From Eledone cirrhosa (taxonomy: Eukaryota): a stretch of DNA of 64,000 nt. The stretch spans positions 24,118,001 to 24,182,000 of the forward strand of contig OZ024742.1 of assembly GCA_964016885.1 (NCBI GenBank). The letters run 5' to 3'. How positions within the stretch are numbered: position 1 is the first letter of the stretch; the number at the start of each line of letters is the position of its first letter. The position numbers were made by a program, and so were the translations under genes. The notes below the pieces were generated by a model that saw nothing but the letters and a program-made list of their open reading frames with translations, did no database searches and was not told the DNA's origin. Below are positions 12,417 through 26,874 of the stretch, piece by piece.

Positions 12417-13785
12417 AAAGCAAGGGTTGGGGAAGAAGGGGGTTGCATGTTCAGGAAGAGGTGTGTGTGGGGTGGGGTGTAGGTCGGAATGTGTGTGCGT
12501 GTGTGGATAGAGGGGTGGGGGAGAGGAATCCGGAGGCTGAATGTGTAAAATATGTGGTGGTACGAACGTGTGTTTGTGGTGTTTAAGCGTGTTGTGGGTG
12601 TAGGTGGCGTGTAGGAAAAAAATGTTTTGGGGTGTGTGTGTGTGGGTGAGTCATAAAGGTGATTCCGTAAGAAGATGTGGTGGGATGCTTGGTAAAATCC
12701 TTGGATTCCGGGATCAAGGTTCACATACGTGTAATCCGTGAAGAGATTGGTCAGAAGAGGAGAGATGTGGGATGCGCGCGCAACAGTAAGTGGTCAAGGC
12801 AGGAGGGGTGTGGTGTGTCTGTGGTCAGAGGGCATAGCAGCAGTAGGGTAAAATGGTGAGTGTGTGTTGTGTGTCTGTGTGTGCGGGGAGATGGTCAGAG
12901 GGCATAGCAGCAGTAGGGTAGAATGGTATGGGGGAGAGGATGGGTAGGTGTGAAAGTTGGAGTGGGGAGGGGTGTGTGTGTATTAGTAGAGGTGTTAGTG
13001 GGATGAGTGAGTGTTTGAGAAAGGGTGTGGGTGGAGCGGGGAGAGAAGGGTGCGGGGGTCGATGGAGGGAGTGTGGTGTACTGGTGTGTGTGTTTGGTGA
13101 AGGGGGTGTTAGTGGGTGTTAGTATACAGGAGGTGGAGAAAGGGTTGAATGCGGGTGTGAGTGGGGGTCAGTGGTGGTAGGGTGTGTAGAGTGGGTGGTG
13201 TAAGAGGGTGTGTGTGTACGTGTGCGTAGGGTTGGGGGGTGTTAGTGATGTTAGTTGCGTGTAGGATGGGTGGTGTAAGTGGGTGTGTGTGTTCGTGTGC
13301 TTGGGGTCAGAGGCTGTTAGTGATGTTAGTTGCGCGGTGGTGGGGTGGATGTGTGGGGGTGAGGGTTAGTGGTGGTAGTAGGGTGTGTGTTTAGTGTGAG
13401 CGCGTGTATATATGTGCCGGTGGGTGTATGCGTGTGATAAGGAGGGGGGGGAGAGAAGAAGGGAGGGATGTTAGTATGTTAGTTGGGGAAGGGTGGTCGG
13501 ATGTGGGGTGGAGTGGAGGTGTTAGTATTGTTAGTTGTGGGGTGGGCGGTGAAAAGGAGGGGTGTGTTACTGGTGTTAGTGGGGGATATGTGTGGATGGA
13601 GGGGGGCGGTCGAAGGCTAAAGGAATAAGGGTGGGGAGTTCAGGCCGGGGGGAGTGTGGGTCTGTAAGATGAAGTGGTTCGTTGTTCAACTCTTAGGAGA
13701 TTGGCGGGTGTTCCGTGGCATTGGAGTAGGCCACAGAATATGAGATGGCGTGCGGAATGTCCAGGGGCACCAAAGTGGTGGATAC
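11990..13785 (-). mobile_element. Penelope-like element 3' fragment (PLE-B) with long CA-rich 3' UTR
   Basis: GIY-YIG C-terminus HHF..GHS..L.F.GL...R.EQ...PPGLN at 13627-13785; minimal hammerhead and AATAAA near 12035-12110. Confidence 0.7.
12078..12108 (-). ncRNA. Minimal hammerhead motif (PLE-B)
   Basis: ac-CTGAAGA-a-gggc(ttat)gccc-GAAA-cg-TC-gt; very short stems I and III. Confidence 0.6.
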
Positions 13786-13924
13786 ATGCATATATATATA
13801 CATACATATATATATACATACATTTACATATACATACATACATTTATATATACATACATACATTTATATATATATACATACATATATATATATTCATACA
13901 TACATATATATATATATTCATACA

Positions 13925-16719
13925 TAACTTTGAAATGTTTTGGCCAGTATTGGCCCAGGCCATGTCTAACTTAATAGCACCACCTGGCGAAGTCTTTCAA
14001 TTCAGGATTTGGGCACCATGGCCCATTCGAGAAGAGAATTACTGTTTGCGGAGACATATCCGGCTGTGGGTGGTTTGTCCGGGATTATTTGGAGGAATTT
14101 GTCCAAAGACTTCTTGAATTTTGTGTGGTCAGTTTCTGTTTTGACGTGTCCTGGTGTGATGTTGAAGAGAGCAGGGCCGATTGAGGTGAAATAATTGTGC
14201 CGTATTGTTGTTATGAGTTGCGATTTAGATTTTTGAATGGGACGGATAGCACGGGGCCCAAGCCTTGGGTGTATCTTGAAGGCGATGGCAACATCATTTG
14301 GGCAGTGATGATGGAACATTTTCCACATCATGCAGATAATATAACGCTCACGGCGACGTTGGAGTGAGTAAAGTTTCAGGTTTTCTAAAGTTTCAGGTTT
14401 TCTAGTCGACCCCAGTAGTCAAGGTCTGACATGCCATCTATCTTTTTCGTGATTGCCCTTTGAGGAGCTTCAAGTTTCATGATACTTTGTTTCGTGTGGG
14501 GAGACCACAGTGGACAACAGTATTCAAGGTGTGGTCGGGTAAAAGTAGAGAAGAGAAGGATAATGGTGTGGGAATCTCTCGACTGGAAGGTTCTGAGGAT
14601 CCAGGAACACATTCTGCAGGCCATGTCAACTTTGCTGCTTATATGCGTGGCCCAGCTTATGTTGCTGTCCACGGTTACTCCCAAGTCTCTGATGTTGTTA
14701 GATGCCACGAGAGTTTCCCCGGAGGGAAGGGAGTACGGGAGTTTCAGAGCATCCTCTTTTCCAAAGTGGATCAGTTCGAATTTGTCTTCGTTCAGTAACA
14801 TGTTGTTCTTTTCCGCCCATTGGGTAACAGCCAGTAGATCTGACTGAAGGCTTATCCGGTCATCCACGCCATTGATGACCTTTTGGAGCTTGGAATCATC
14901 AGCGAAAATGTTAATGTTGCTGTGTTTGATGATGTCAGTGATGTCATTAATATAGATGATGAAGAGAAGTGGGCCCAACACAGTGCCTTGTGGGACCCCA
15001 CTACTGACTTTGGCTGGGCTGGATTTCACTCCTTCAACTACAACATGTTGGGTTCTGTTTGACAAGAAGCTGCAGCAGCTTTCCAGTGACACCAATATTG
15101 GACAGCTTTCTCAGTAGAATGTTATAATCAACCCTGTCAAAGGCCTTGCTGAAATCAAGGTAGATAACATCAGTGTTGGAACCCTCTCCCAAGGCTCTCA
15201 AAATGTCATCAAAGTGATGCAGTAGCTGCGTCAGGCAATCCCTTCCATTACGGAATCCATGCTGGTTGGAGTTCAGCATATTGTTACTCTCAAGGAAGTG
15301 GGTCATTCGTGATCTCACCACTCTCTCAAATACCTTAATGATATGAGAGGTGAGTGAGATTGGACGGTAATTCACGGCAAGGGATTTGTTTCCCTTTTTG
15401 AAAACTGGGACAACAGACTGGGATAGAAGGTTTTCTGGCACATATCCAGCATCCAGTGAGTTCCGCCACAGATTGGCAAGAGGAGATGCAAGTTGGTGTT
15501 GACACGCCTTCAAGACACAAGCAGGGAACCTATCGGGACCTACTGCTGAATTATGCTTGATTTCCTTTATTGCCGCTAAGACATCAGTGGCGCCAAACGT
15601 TATGTCCGATAAGGTGTAATGGGGAGTAACATCGCCGATACAACCCAGATCGGCCATATCAGGATTGCTGAAAACAGAGCAGTATTGTTTCTGCAGTATC
15701 TCACCCATGGTTTTAGCATTGTCTTGAAGAGTGCCATTTTCATCAATTAGAGGGCCAACAGTACAGCCAGTGATTTTGTGTTTTTTTGCAAATGAAAAGA
15801 ACACTTTGGGATTGAGTTTGATCTTCTCAATGGCCCAGGCCTCTTCAGCTCTTCTCTGATTGTTGATGAGGGACATTATGTTGTTTTGGAGGTTATGTTT
15901 TTTAATCTCTAGTGATGAAATGGCAGTCAAGTTGATGTGTTGCTGCTGACAGTATTTCAGCTTGTTGATTTTTTTGTTCGTTCTCTTAATTTTTCTGATG
16001 AGCGTTTTTCTATTTCTAGGGATTCTGCTCTTAGATTTGTTTATAGTTCTTAATGGGGTTTGTTTAGCACATATGTTTGTAACAGTGTCCACAAATGTCT
16101 GCCAGGACTTTTTGATGTTAGTGGGTGTATGAGTGTGCGTGAAGGACCAGTCGACATGTGCAAGATCATGACTGATCGCTTCCCAGTTTGCATTGTGGAA
16201 ATCCATAGCGTCAAACGGATGGACAGGAGAGATGACATTGGGTTTGTATATTGGACGGTGGAATCTCAGATCACAGAGAACCATGTCATGATCAGAGAGT
16301 AGAGTTTTCTCCACTGCAATATTGTGGATATTGTCAGTGTGATTGCTGAAAATTAAGTCTAGGACGTTTTTGTGGCACCTCGTTGGTTCGAGCACCAGTT
16401 GGGATAGGAAGAAATCATCCATGAAGTCAAGAAGCGATTCCACTGCTTCCCTGTCAGAGGTTGAGGCAGAAGAACATGGTGGCAGGCTGTTTGTGGACCA
16501 GTCAACTCCGGGGAGGTTGAAGTCCCCCATCATTAAGATGTTGTCAGGGTGACACTCTTGGATGAAACACTTTATGCTGTTGAGGCATTCCTTGAAGCAT
16601 GGTACAGGCGTTTGGGGTGGCCTATAGAGCCCAACTACTATTAGGTTGTTGGTTTGACTGAATACAGTGACTGCTTCACAGTATCCATTAGTAAATATGT
16701 TCATAGCCTCTGTTGAGAC
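13925..16719 (-). mobile_element. CR1/L2-group LINE, 5'-truncated; APE endonuclease-RT ORF2 with two frameshifts
   Basis: LYRPP, MGDFNLP, LDLIFSN, LSDH (APE); YRPISLTS, QHGFR, YLDFSKAFDRV, GVPQGTVLGPLLF, FADD (RT); 17-bp tandem duplication 14370-14403; deletion near 15070. Confidence 0.9.
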
Positions 16720-16807
16720 ATACATATATATATACATACATATATATATATATACATATATATATACATATATATATACATACATATATATATATATACA
16801 TATATAC

Positions 16808-19800
16808 AATGGCGACCGTTGTGGTCAGTGTCCGATAATTGGACGTGTGTAATTACGGCTTACATGAAGGCAACATACCATATATTGGAAAAAGTTGAGC
16901 TACATTACGCGGTAAGATTACATACAATAATTCTACATAAGTGTTTGAACTGTAAGTGTGTTGTAAAACACCTATTTATATGAACGATACATACACTTAT
17001 GATATATGAACGATACATACACTTTAACATATAAATGCAACGTTGTTATATTACATTTATAAAGAAATATAAAAGTAACGTTTTCGATTCAGAAACAAAA
17101 ATATAAGTGTTTGAACTGTGAATGTTGTGAATATGTTGTAGAACACCTATTTATATGAATGATACATAAACTTTAACATATAAATACAGCATTGTTATAT
17201 TATATTACATTCGTAAAGGAATATACTAAGTAACGGTTCTTTTTGTTCTCGATTCAAACGATTCAAGAACAACGTTTAAAACACAGTTGTAGAATTAAAA
17301 ACTAACTGAAAAGAAATATTACCCAAGCTGTGAATAACTTTAAATTTGATTCTGACAGAACTTTGTCGTAACTTTTAAAGAAGATCATCGACTATTTAAA
17401 AAAAATAAATACAAAATATTAGTGAATAGACGAACTCATCATGGCAAAAAGTACAAGTCTCCTTCGACCAAATCGCAATTACAACCGTTGTATACAGTGG
17501 AGCTACGAGCTTAACAAAGAATTATATGAAGCATACAAACAATCTGAACCCCAAAAGTTCGGTTTTATGCAAAGGCTAAAAACTTTATGGAACTCCAAAC
17601 ACCCAGAATTAGACTTTTCTCCAAAGCATCTAAATGAACAGGCAAAACGTATCATTAGATGTAAATTGATACATCTAACGGAATCGAGTGATACTACAAA
17701 TACAGCCCTTGTAGACAACCACCCCACCTCCACTGACAGACAAAGAGAATGGCCGGCTAAATCTAACAGTGAACAGCTCACCAACAATTTTGCTGAAATC
17801 CATCCCACTTCCACTGAAGAACAGCGAGAAAGGTCAGCTGACTCTAGTAGTAATTGTCACCACATCAACAACGAGGCTGCAATTCATGACTCTACTGAAC
17901 AAACAGAGCACCAAAAACTTGTGGGCACCCTACAAGTGATATGGAACGATATGTTTCAAGAGATACACAGCCTTAATGTGAGTGACAGACCATACAACAC
18001 TAGAGTCAGTAAAGAACCCACTAAATTGGAATTGGAAGCGGTGAACGAAATAGCTGGCAATTATCTGAAGGCTATACGATCTAAAGGTGTAGAAACGACA
18101 TTTGAAACGCTCAATGTTTTGTTATATGTTTCAGCTGTCACATTGCTATCATATAACACACATCTAAAACCACGCAATCAAGATACAAACAGAAAGCCTG
18201 AACCAGCGTGGATGCGAAATTTAAAAACCAAAATTTTGTCCCTGAGACGAAGTATCTCACACATCGCAGTCGTTATGAAATGCAACATAGAGAGAAACTT
18301 CACACGACACCAGGAAGACCTAAAGAAAAAGTTAGAGAGACGATTTGGAGATACCAAATTTAAAACTTTGAACTCCAAATTACACCAGTTGAAACAACAA
18401 CTCACAGCTACAACAGAAAGACTAAAATATAAGTCAACAGCCCATAAACGACAAGTGCTAAATAGATTGTTTGCCAGAGATCCTAAATCAGTTTATCGCA
18501 GCTTCGGTGGCAAAAGCTCAATCCCTGTAAACGACACCCCTTCAAAAGAACAGGTTGAGAACTACTGGAGATCTGTATGGGAAACGGATGACGGATTCAA
18601 CAGACAAGCTAATTGGCTAAAACAACTGGAACAGGACTACTGCCAACATGTCCAGACAAAACAATATGACATAGATGGGTCAATACTGGAAACAGCTCTA
18701 CAGAAAATGTCGAATAGGAAATCGCCAGGCCCAGACCTCATTACAGGATACTGGTTGAAGAATTTCACTTTCTATCGGCAAGATCTCATACGGCTGTTTA
18801 CAGAAACCATTAAGGGCACACAAGAACTGCCCAGATGGTTATCAACTGCCACTACTCTCCTCATTCCCAAAAATAGCCAAACCACCCTTGCTAAAAATTA
18901 CCGCCCAATTGCCTGCCAAAACATCATGTATAAATTATATACTGGGTGCCTTAACCTGTTCTTACAGGATCACTGTGCTACCAACAACATCATAACACCT
19001 GAGCAAGCTGGTGGAAAGAGGGAGGTGTGGGGTTGCATAGATCACCTACTAACTAACAAAATGATTCAGGAAAAAACAACAAAGAATCGCAGAAACATGA
19101 CTGTCGTGTGGCTGGACTATCAAAAAGCATTTGATAGTGTACCTCATGGGTGGATTATTAAGGCTTTACAGTTAGCTAAAGTCCCACAACCATTAGTAGC
19201 TGCTGTTGAACGCCTGACCAAGAACTGGTACACCAATTTGATCCTTAGAGGTGAGAAGGAGCAGGTTAAGACTGATAGGATACATTACCAGAAGGGCATC
19301 TTTCAGGGTGATAGCTTGTCAGTACTACTCTTCGTTCTCTCACTGAATCCACTATCTTACCTACTCAGGAAACAAGGTGGACAAAGAAGTGGGCCCAGAA
19401 GTATCTCCCATCTTTTCTTTGTTGATGACCTGAGGTTGTATGGGCCAAATATCAATGACATCAAGAAACAATTGGACCTCATTACACAATTTTCAACCGA
19501 CATCAAAATGAAATTTGGTGAGTCCAAGTGTGCATATTTGGCAGTAAAACGTGGAAGAGCTGTGCCCTCCTCTAGAAATCTAGATATGAACGGCCTGACA
19601 ATACAACCTCTGCAGTCAGGTGACAACTACAGATATCTTGGACAGGATGAGAATGTCAGATATGATGGACCCATAAATAAGGAGAGAACCAGAACTGAAT
19701 ACCTCAGAAGAGTAAAAAAAATATGGTCATCAGAACTGTCAGCATACAACAAATTCATTGCCCACAATACCTATGCTGTGCCAATTATAACGCCAACATT

Positions 19801-21032
19801 TGGCCTACTGAACTGGTCATTGCAAGAACTAAGTGAGATGGATGTTAGAACTCGTAAACTTCTCAGTGTTACTGGGAACTTTAACATCAATGGTGATGTG
19901 GATAGGCTATACTTCTCACGCAAGGAAGGTGGCCGGGGTCTAAAATCAATATTAACAACATATGAGACCCGGATAGTAACACTGAAGCAACACCTTCAAC
20001 AGAGGAAAAAGGTTGGCGACCATCTTGCTCAGGTTTATGAGCATGAAAAAAGAAATATCATTAGAATAGCGACTGATCTGGAGGAGAGATATGGAATAAA
20101 GCCTGATATAAATCTCTCACCCAGAGAAATCGGAAGATCCTATTCAATGTTCAAACAAGAAAAAAAAATTGACCAATTTACAGAGAAAGTTGTGCATGGA
20201 TACTTGAGGCGTAAAACAGAGACCATAGAGGGGATAAACCACTCAAAAAGCCTGGCATGGAGTTCCGACAAGTTTATGACATCACACCTTGAGGGATATC
20301 TCTATGCAATACAGGAACAAGAACTCCCTACCAAATATCTGCTGCACAAAAGAGGAGGGCCAGCAGCTGACAATAAATGTAGGCTATGTAAAACAAAGAT
20401 CGAGGATGTAAGCCACATTGTTGCCAGCTGCGAAAGAATGTCATCTCGCTAATACCTCCCCATGAGACACGATGGGATAGCTAGAACTATCTGGAACGCA
20501 CTTCGGAAAACAAAATTAACAACAAACGAGGAAGAATATATTGAGACAGATGGCACTAAGGAATACTGGTGGAACCTGAAAATAAAAACTGCCACCAAAT
20601 TAAAGCACAACCGGCCTGATATTGTAGTTTGGGACCACACATTGAAAACGTGTTCTGTTGTGGAGATCAGCTGCCCACTTGATGTAAACGTTGTCAGAAA
20701 AATACAGGAGAAGGAGGACATCTACGGACCATTGATGAGGAGCTTACAAATCCAGTATCCAAGATACACCTTTAGCTTCATACCCATCATTATTGGTGCT
20801 ACGGGTTATATACCAACCCGCTTGGACCAAAGTATGACCGAACTTGGATTTGCGGACAAAAAGCGCAGCTCCCTAATTCATAGTCTACAAATGGCTGCGA
20901 TAGCTGGCACCTTCAAAATATGCAAAACATTCTTGCGATTCAAGGGATGACAATTTCTTTTCTTTTACAACCTTGCCACCAGGAAGGTGGCCGGTCAAAA
21001 AAATATACTCGAAATTAAGAGAAAGAGAAAAC
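16808..21032 (+). mobile_element. R4/Dong-like RLE non-LTR retrotransposon, apparently near full length (5' boundary uncertain)
   Basis: Single long ORF, short 3' UTR with GCCACC/GGTGGC hairpin, bounded by TA/TACA tracts on both sides. Confidence 0.8.
17441..20950 (+). pseudogene. RT + CCHC + PD-(D/E)xK restriction-like endonuclease polyprotein with one in-frame TAA at 20450-20452
   Basis: KSPGPD, YRPIACQN, WLDYQKAFDSVPH, GIFQGDSLS, FFVDDL, CRLC..HIVASC, RHD, RPDIV; second copy has TAC at the stop position. Confidence 0.92.
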
Positions 21033-21070
21033 ATATATATACATACATATATATATACATACATATATAT

Positions 21071-21109
<39 letters not shown>

Positions 21110-21168
21110 TATATACATACACATATATATACATACATATATATATACATACATATATATATACATAC

Positions 21169-21215
<47 letters not shown>

Positions 21216-21256
21216 TATATACATACATATATATATATATATATATACATATATAT

Positions 21257-21303
<47 letters not shown>

Positions 21304-21306
21304 TAT

Positions 21307-21381
<75 letters not shown>

Positions 21382-21385
21382 AATA

Positions 21386-21453
<68 letters not shown>

Positions 21454-21476
21454 CATACATACATATATATTTATAT

Positions 21477-21507
<31 letters not shown>

Positions 21508-21562
21508 CATACATACATACATACATATATATTTATATATACATACATATATATATATATAT

Positions 21563-21594
<32 letters not shown>

Positions 21595-21606
21595 TTATAT
21601 ATACAT

Positions 21607-21671
<65 letters not shown>

Positions 21672-21718
21672 AATGAATAATAACAGGGAGACATCATAAA
21701 AAGGTAATTTATTCCGTG

Positions 21719-21830
21719 TGCTTACAAGTGTTTCCACGGTGGTACTGCAGCCTAGTTTTGCTACGTGCAAATTCACAAGTACTTGCAGAACTCAAATATC
21801 CAATGCTGTGACCACTGTTTCCTCAGAGCA
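21719..21830 (-). ncRNA. Type I hammerhead with ~85-nt stem II (copy 1)
   Basis: tgct-CTGAGGA-aacagtggt...accaccgtg-GAAA-cacttg-TA-agca, followed by AATAAA; ~195-bp island inside (TA)n. Confidence 0.7.
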
Positions 21831-21863
21831 GTAACCATTACTACATCTTGGATAATCTTATAC

Positions 21864-21945
<82 letters not shown>

Positions 21946-22038
21946 CATATACATACATATATATATATATACATACATATACATACATATATATATATAT
22001 ACATATATATACATACATATATATATATATACATACAT

Positions 22039-22071
<33 letters not shown>

Positions 22072-22078
22072 CATACAT

Positions 22079-22111
<33 letters not shown>

Positions 22112-22400
22112 CATACATATACATACATATATATATATATATATACATACATATACATACATATATATATATATACATACATATACATACATATATATAT
22201 ATATATATACATACATATACATACATATATATATATATATACATACATATATATATATATACATACATATACATACATATATATATATACATACATATAT
22301 ATATATATATATACATACATATACATACATATATATATATATACATACATCCATATATATATATATACATACATATACATACATATATATATACATACAT

Positions 22401-22453
<53 letters not shown>

Positions 22454-22467
22454 GATACATATATATA

Positions 22468-22508
<41 letters not shown>

Positions 22509-22520
22509 ATATATACATAC

Positions 22521-22553
<33 letters not shown>

Positions 22554-22559
22554 CACACA

Positions 22560-22613
<54 letters not shown>

Positions 22614-22614
22614 C

Positions 22615-22679
<65 letters not shown>

Positions 22680-22694
22680 CATATTTATATATAC

Positions 22695-22731
<37 letters not shown>

Positions 22732-22768
22732 GATATATATATACATACATATATATATATATACATAT

Positions 22769-22828
22769 GGAGGCACATGGCTTAGTGGTTAGAGCATTGG
22801 CCTTGCAATCGAAAGTTTGTGAGTTCAA
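22769..22828 (+). mobile_element. SINE tRNA-head fragment (also at 26912 and 30848)
   Basis: GGAGGCACATGGCTTAGTGGTTAGAGC...GAGTTCAA. Confidence 0.75.
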
Positions 22829-22939
22829 TAATAATAAGAACAACAATAATAATACGACAACAATAACAATAATAATATACACATATATATATATATATAT
22901 ATACACACACGTACACACACACAAACATCTCTATACACA

Positions 22940-23690
22940 CACGATAACAACTAACAGCGCTGCGATCGAATGTGGCTTTTTAGCCCAGCCAATGATCTAA
23001 AATATCTTGCACAGAGTCAGCAACCAAAACATTCACTGGGAATAGCCGGCTGTGTTTGGAGTGCATTTACTTTTGCATGTCGTTTGAGCGCTACTGCTGA
23101 TTTACATTCTCTACCACATGCTTGGCAAGCATGATGAGTAGCATCTCCAACAGTAGCCTGGTAGTCAACCACTGGTCTTACTTTATGACTGCGAAGATGA
23201 CTTTCGAGTCCAGCTTTGCTTAGGCAGAGTCTCGCACAGACGCTGCATGTCAGCACCATAGGAGGACCCTCGCCGTCTGGAAGTGCAACAGCAATGCCCT
23301 TCCTTACATCCCGCTTTACTTCTCGTATGCAATTCGAGATGCCTCAAAGGCAACTTTTCCCTCATATACAGTCTTTCTCCATTTATTACGATCAGCAGCA
23401 ATATTTTCCCATGTATCAGCAGAGATGTTAGCGTCTTCCAAAGAGGCTTTCAAGGAATCCTTATACCTCTTTTTTGGTTTATGTGGCGGTCGTTTTCCTT
23501 TAACTAACTCTCCATAAAAGAGATGTTTTGGTATTCTAGAATCCTTCATCCTGGCAAGGTGACCACTCCAACGGAGTCGTTGCTTAAGCACAAGAGTTTC
23601 TATACTGTCACGCATAGAGCTTTCCAAAATCTCGATATCACTGATATTTTCGTATATTTTACCAGAGGAATCCTTATTTATATTTTACAT
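22940..23690 (-). mobile_element. RTE (BovB-like) LINE 3' fragment with C2H2 fingers; copies at ~27083-27833 and ~31020-31770
   Basis: LRWSGHLARMKDSRIPKHLFYGEL...KRYKD; CSVC..GLESHLRSH; CQAC..LKRH. Confidence 0.85.
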
Positions 23691-23898
23691 TTACTTACAT
23701 CTCAATACAACATGGCTAAAATTCAAATTTTGTAAAGAGAAGAAAACGTACAAATAAACTAGATAATATACATATATATATATATACATACATATACATA
23801 CATATATATACATATATATACATACATATACATACATATACATACATACATATACATACATATATTTACATACATATATATACATACATATACTTACA

Positions 23899-23929
<31 letters not shown>

Positions 23930-23944
23930 TATATATATACATAC

Positions 23945-24033
<89 letters not shown>

Positions 24034-24038
24034 CATAC

Positions 24039-24071
<33 letters not shown>

Positions 24072-24267
24072 CATACAGCTTCCAACAGAAATGGTCGCAT
24101 TCTTTAAGGGTATGTCAATATTTATTTATAAAACTGATCTATATTTTATTTTATCTGATGAAAGCACACCATAATTTAACTTGGTGTCCTTGGTGTACTT
24201 GTTGAGTGCTTTATATCAGTTATAAATATATTTGCTTGTTGTATCCCAACAATTTAAATCGAACTTC

Positions 24268-24307
<40 letters not shown>

Positions 24308-24634
24308 TATGGGGGCTGCCAACTCGTTTCCGAGTATGGCCACTACTTTATACCCCTGTAGGAGAACCCCTACTGATACGCTGAAGGAGTGTGACTTTTT
24401 AGTCCAGCTAGCGACTTGAAAACTCTGGTACAATCACTACACTTGTGCAATTACTCACACATAGTGCTGGGCCCATGGTACCATGTGACGACAAACGCAG
24501 AGAGATCTCCAGATATAAAGCAATACTTGTGCCATGAAGCTATTATAGTGAGCAAAGGCACTGCACAAAGCCAGTCCCACTCTCTTAACCAAGATGATAT
24601 TTACCAAAAAGAATAACAAGTCAACATCATTGGA

Positions 24635-24915
24635 TACCATCAGGGTTGCAGGTGTTATATCAAAGTTTTCCTTCTCCTAGAATTCTGCCTTGACAAAGGC
24701 TAAGGGGTCATCTCTCCCGGTGATTTTGGATGGCCATTGACACTTAAGATATCCTTTGCCCTTTGACAGGTTTTGTTTTTAGTCCTGCAGGATGTCCAAA
24801 GTCACCCTCCTCACCAAGAAACCTTGGTGGGGTTGCCAGTTTAGTCGCCAACGACCCGATCATGAGACAGGTTGTACTGGGATACATGTTACCAGTAGCA
24901 CCAACTGGTGACCTG
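24635..24915 (-). mobile_element. Probable RTE-type LINE 5' UTR fragment; copies at ~28772-29052 and ~32725-33005
   Basis: Structured GC-richer island starting at (TATG)n, with CTAGGAGAAGGAAAACT motif resembling RTE 5' UTRs. Confidence 0.45.
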
Positions 24916-25151
24916 ACATACATACATACATACATACATACATACATACATACACATACATACATACATACATACATATATACATATACATACAGACACA
25001 CATATACATACATACACACATACATATATATATATATACATACATACACATATATATATATATACATACATACACACATACATATATATACATACATACA
25101 TATATATACATATATATAGCACCAAGTGGTGACCTGACATATACATACATA

Positions 25152-25229
<78 letters not shown>

Positions 25230-25232
25230 TAT

Positions 25233-25273
<41 letters not shown>

Positions 25274-25292
25274 TATATACATACATATATAT

Positions 25293-25395
<103 letters not shown>

Positions 25396-25399
25396 AATA

Positions 25400-25469
<70 letters not shown>

Positions 25470-25579
25470 TACATACATACATATATATTTATATATACAT
25501 ACATATATATATATATATATATACATACATACATACATACATATATATTTATATATACATACATATATATATATATATA

Positions 25580-25614
<35 letters not shown>

Positions 25615-25626
25615 TTATATATACAT

Positions 25627-25704
<78 letters not shown>

Positions 25705-25751
25705 AATGAATAATAACAGGGAGACATCATAAAAAGGTAATTTATTCCGTG

Positions 25752-25863
25752 TGCTTACAAGTGTTTCCACGGTGGTACTGCAGCCTAGTTTTGCTACGTG
25801 CAAATTCACAAGTACTTGCAGAACTCAAATATCCAATGCTGTGACCACTGTTTCCTCAGAGCA
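25752..25863 (-). ncRNA. Same hammerhead, copy 2
   Basis: Identical to 21719-21830. Confidence 0.7.
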
Positions 25864-25896
25864 GTAACCATTACTACATCTTGGATAATCTTATAC

Positions 25897-25938
<42 letters not shown>

Positions 25939-26001
25939 CATATACATACATATATATATATATACATATATATACATACATATATATATATATACATACA
26001 T

Positions 26002-26032
<31 letters not shown>

Positions 26033-26537
26033 CATACATATACATACATATATATATATATACATACATATACATACATATATATATATATATATACATA
26101 TACATACATATATATATATATATATACATACATATACATACATATATATATATATATACATACATATATATATATATACATACATATACATACATATATA
26201 TATATATATACATACATATACATACATATATATATATATATACATACATATATATATATATATATACATACATATACATACATATATATATATATACATA
26301 CATCCATATATATATATATACATACATATACATACATATATATATACATACATATAGATACATATATATATATATATACATACATATATATATATATACA
26401 TACATATACATACATATATATATATACATACATATATATATATATATATACATACATATACATACATATATATATATATACATACATCCATATATATATA
26501 TATACATACATATACATACATATATATATACATACAT

Positions 26538-26596
<59 letters not shown>

Positions 26597-26663
26597 GATA
26601 CATATATATATATATATATACATACATGTATATACATACATATATATATATATATATACATAC

Positions 26664-26696
<33 letters not shown>

Positions 26697-26702
26697 CACA
26701 CA

Positions 26703-26756
<54 letters not shown>

Positions 26757-26757
26757 C

Positions 26758-26822
<65 letters not shown>

Positions 26823-26837
26823 CATATTTATATATAC

Positions 26838-26874
<37 letters not shown>

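Noticed and set aside
16808-17440. HDV-like ribozyme at the 5' end of the R4-like element
   Set aside because: Small hairpins and a ~150-bp direct duplication are visible, but no nested double pseudoknot could be built
23017-23259. Host C2H2 zinc-finger gene
   Set aside because: Directly continues the RTE ORF2 C-terminus
24148-24230. Hammerhead (CTGATGA-aagcac...gtgctt), three copies
   Set aside because: GAAA half of the core is missing; at best a decayed relic
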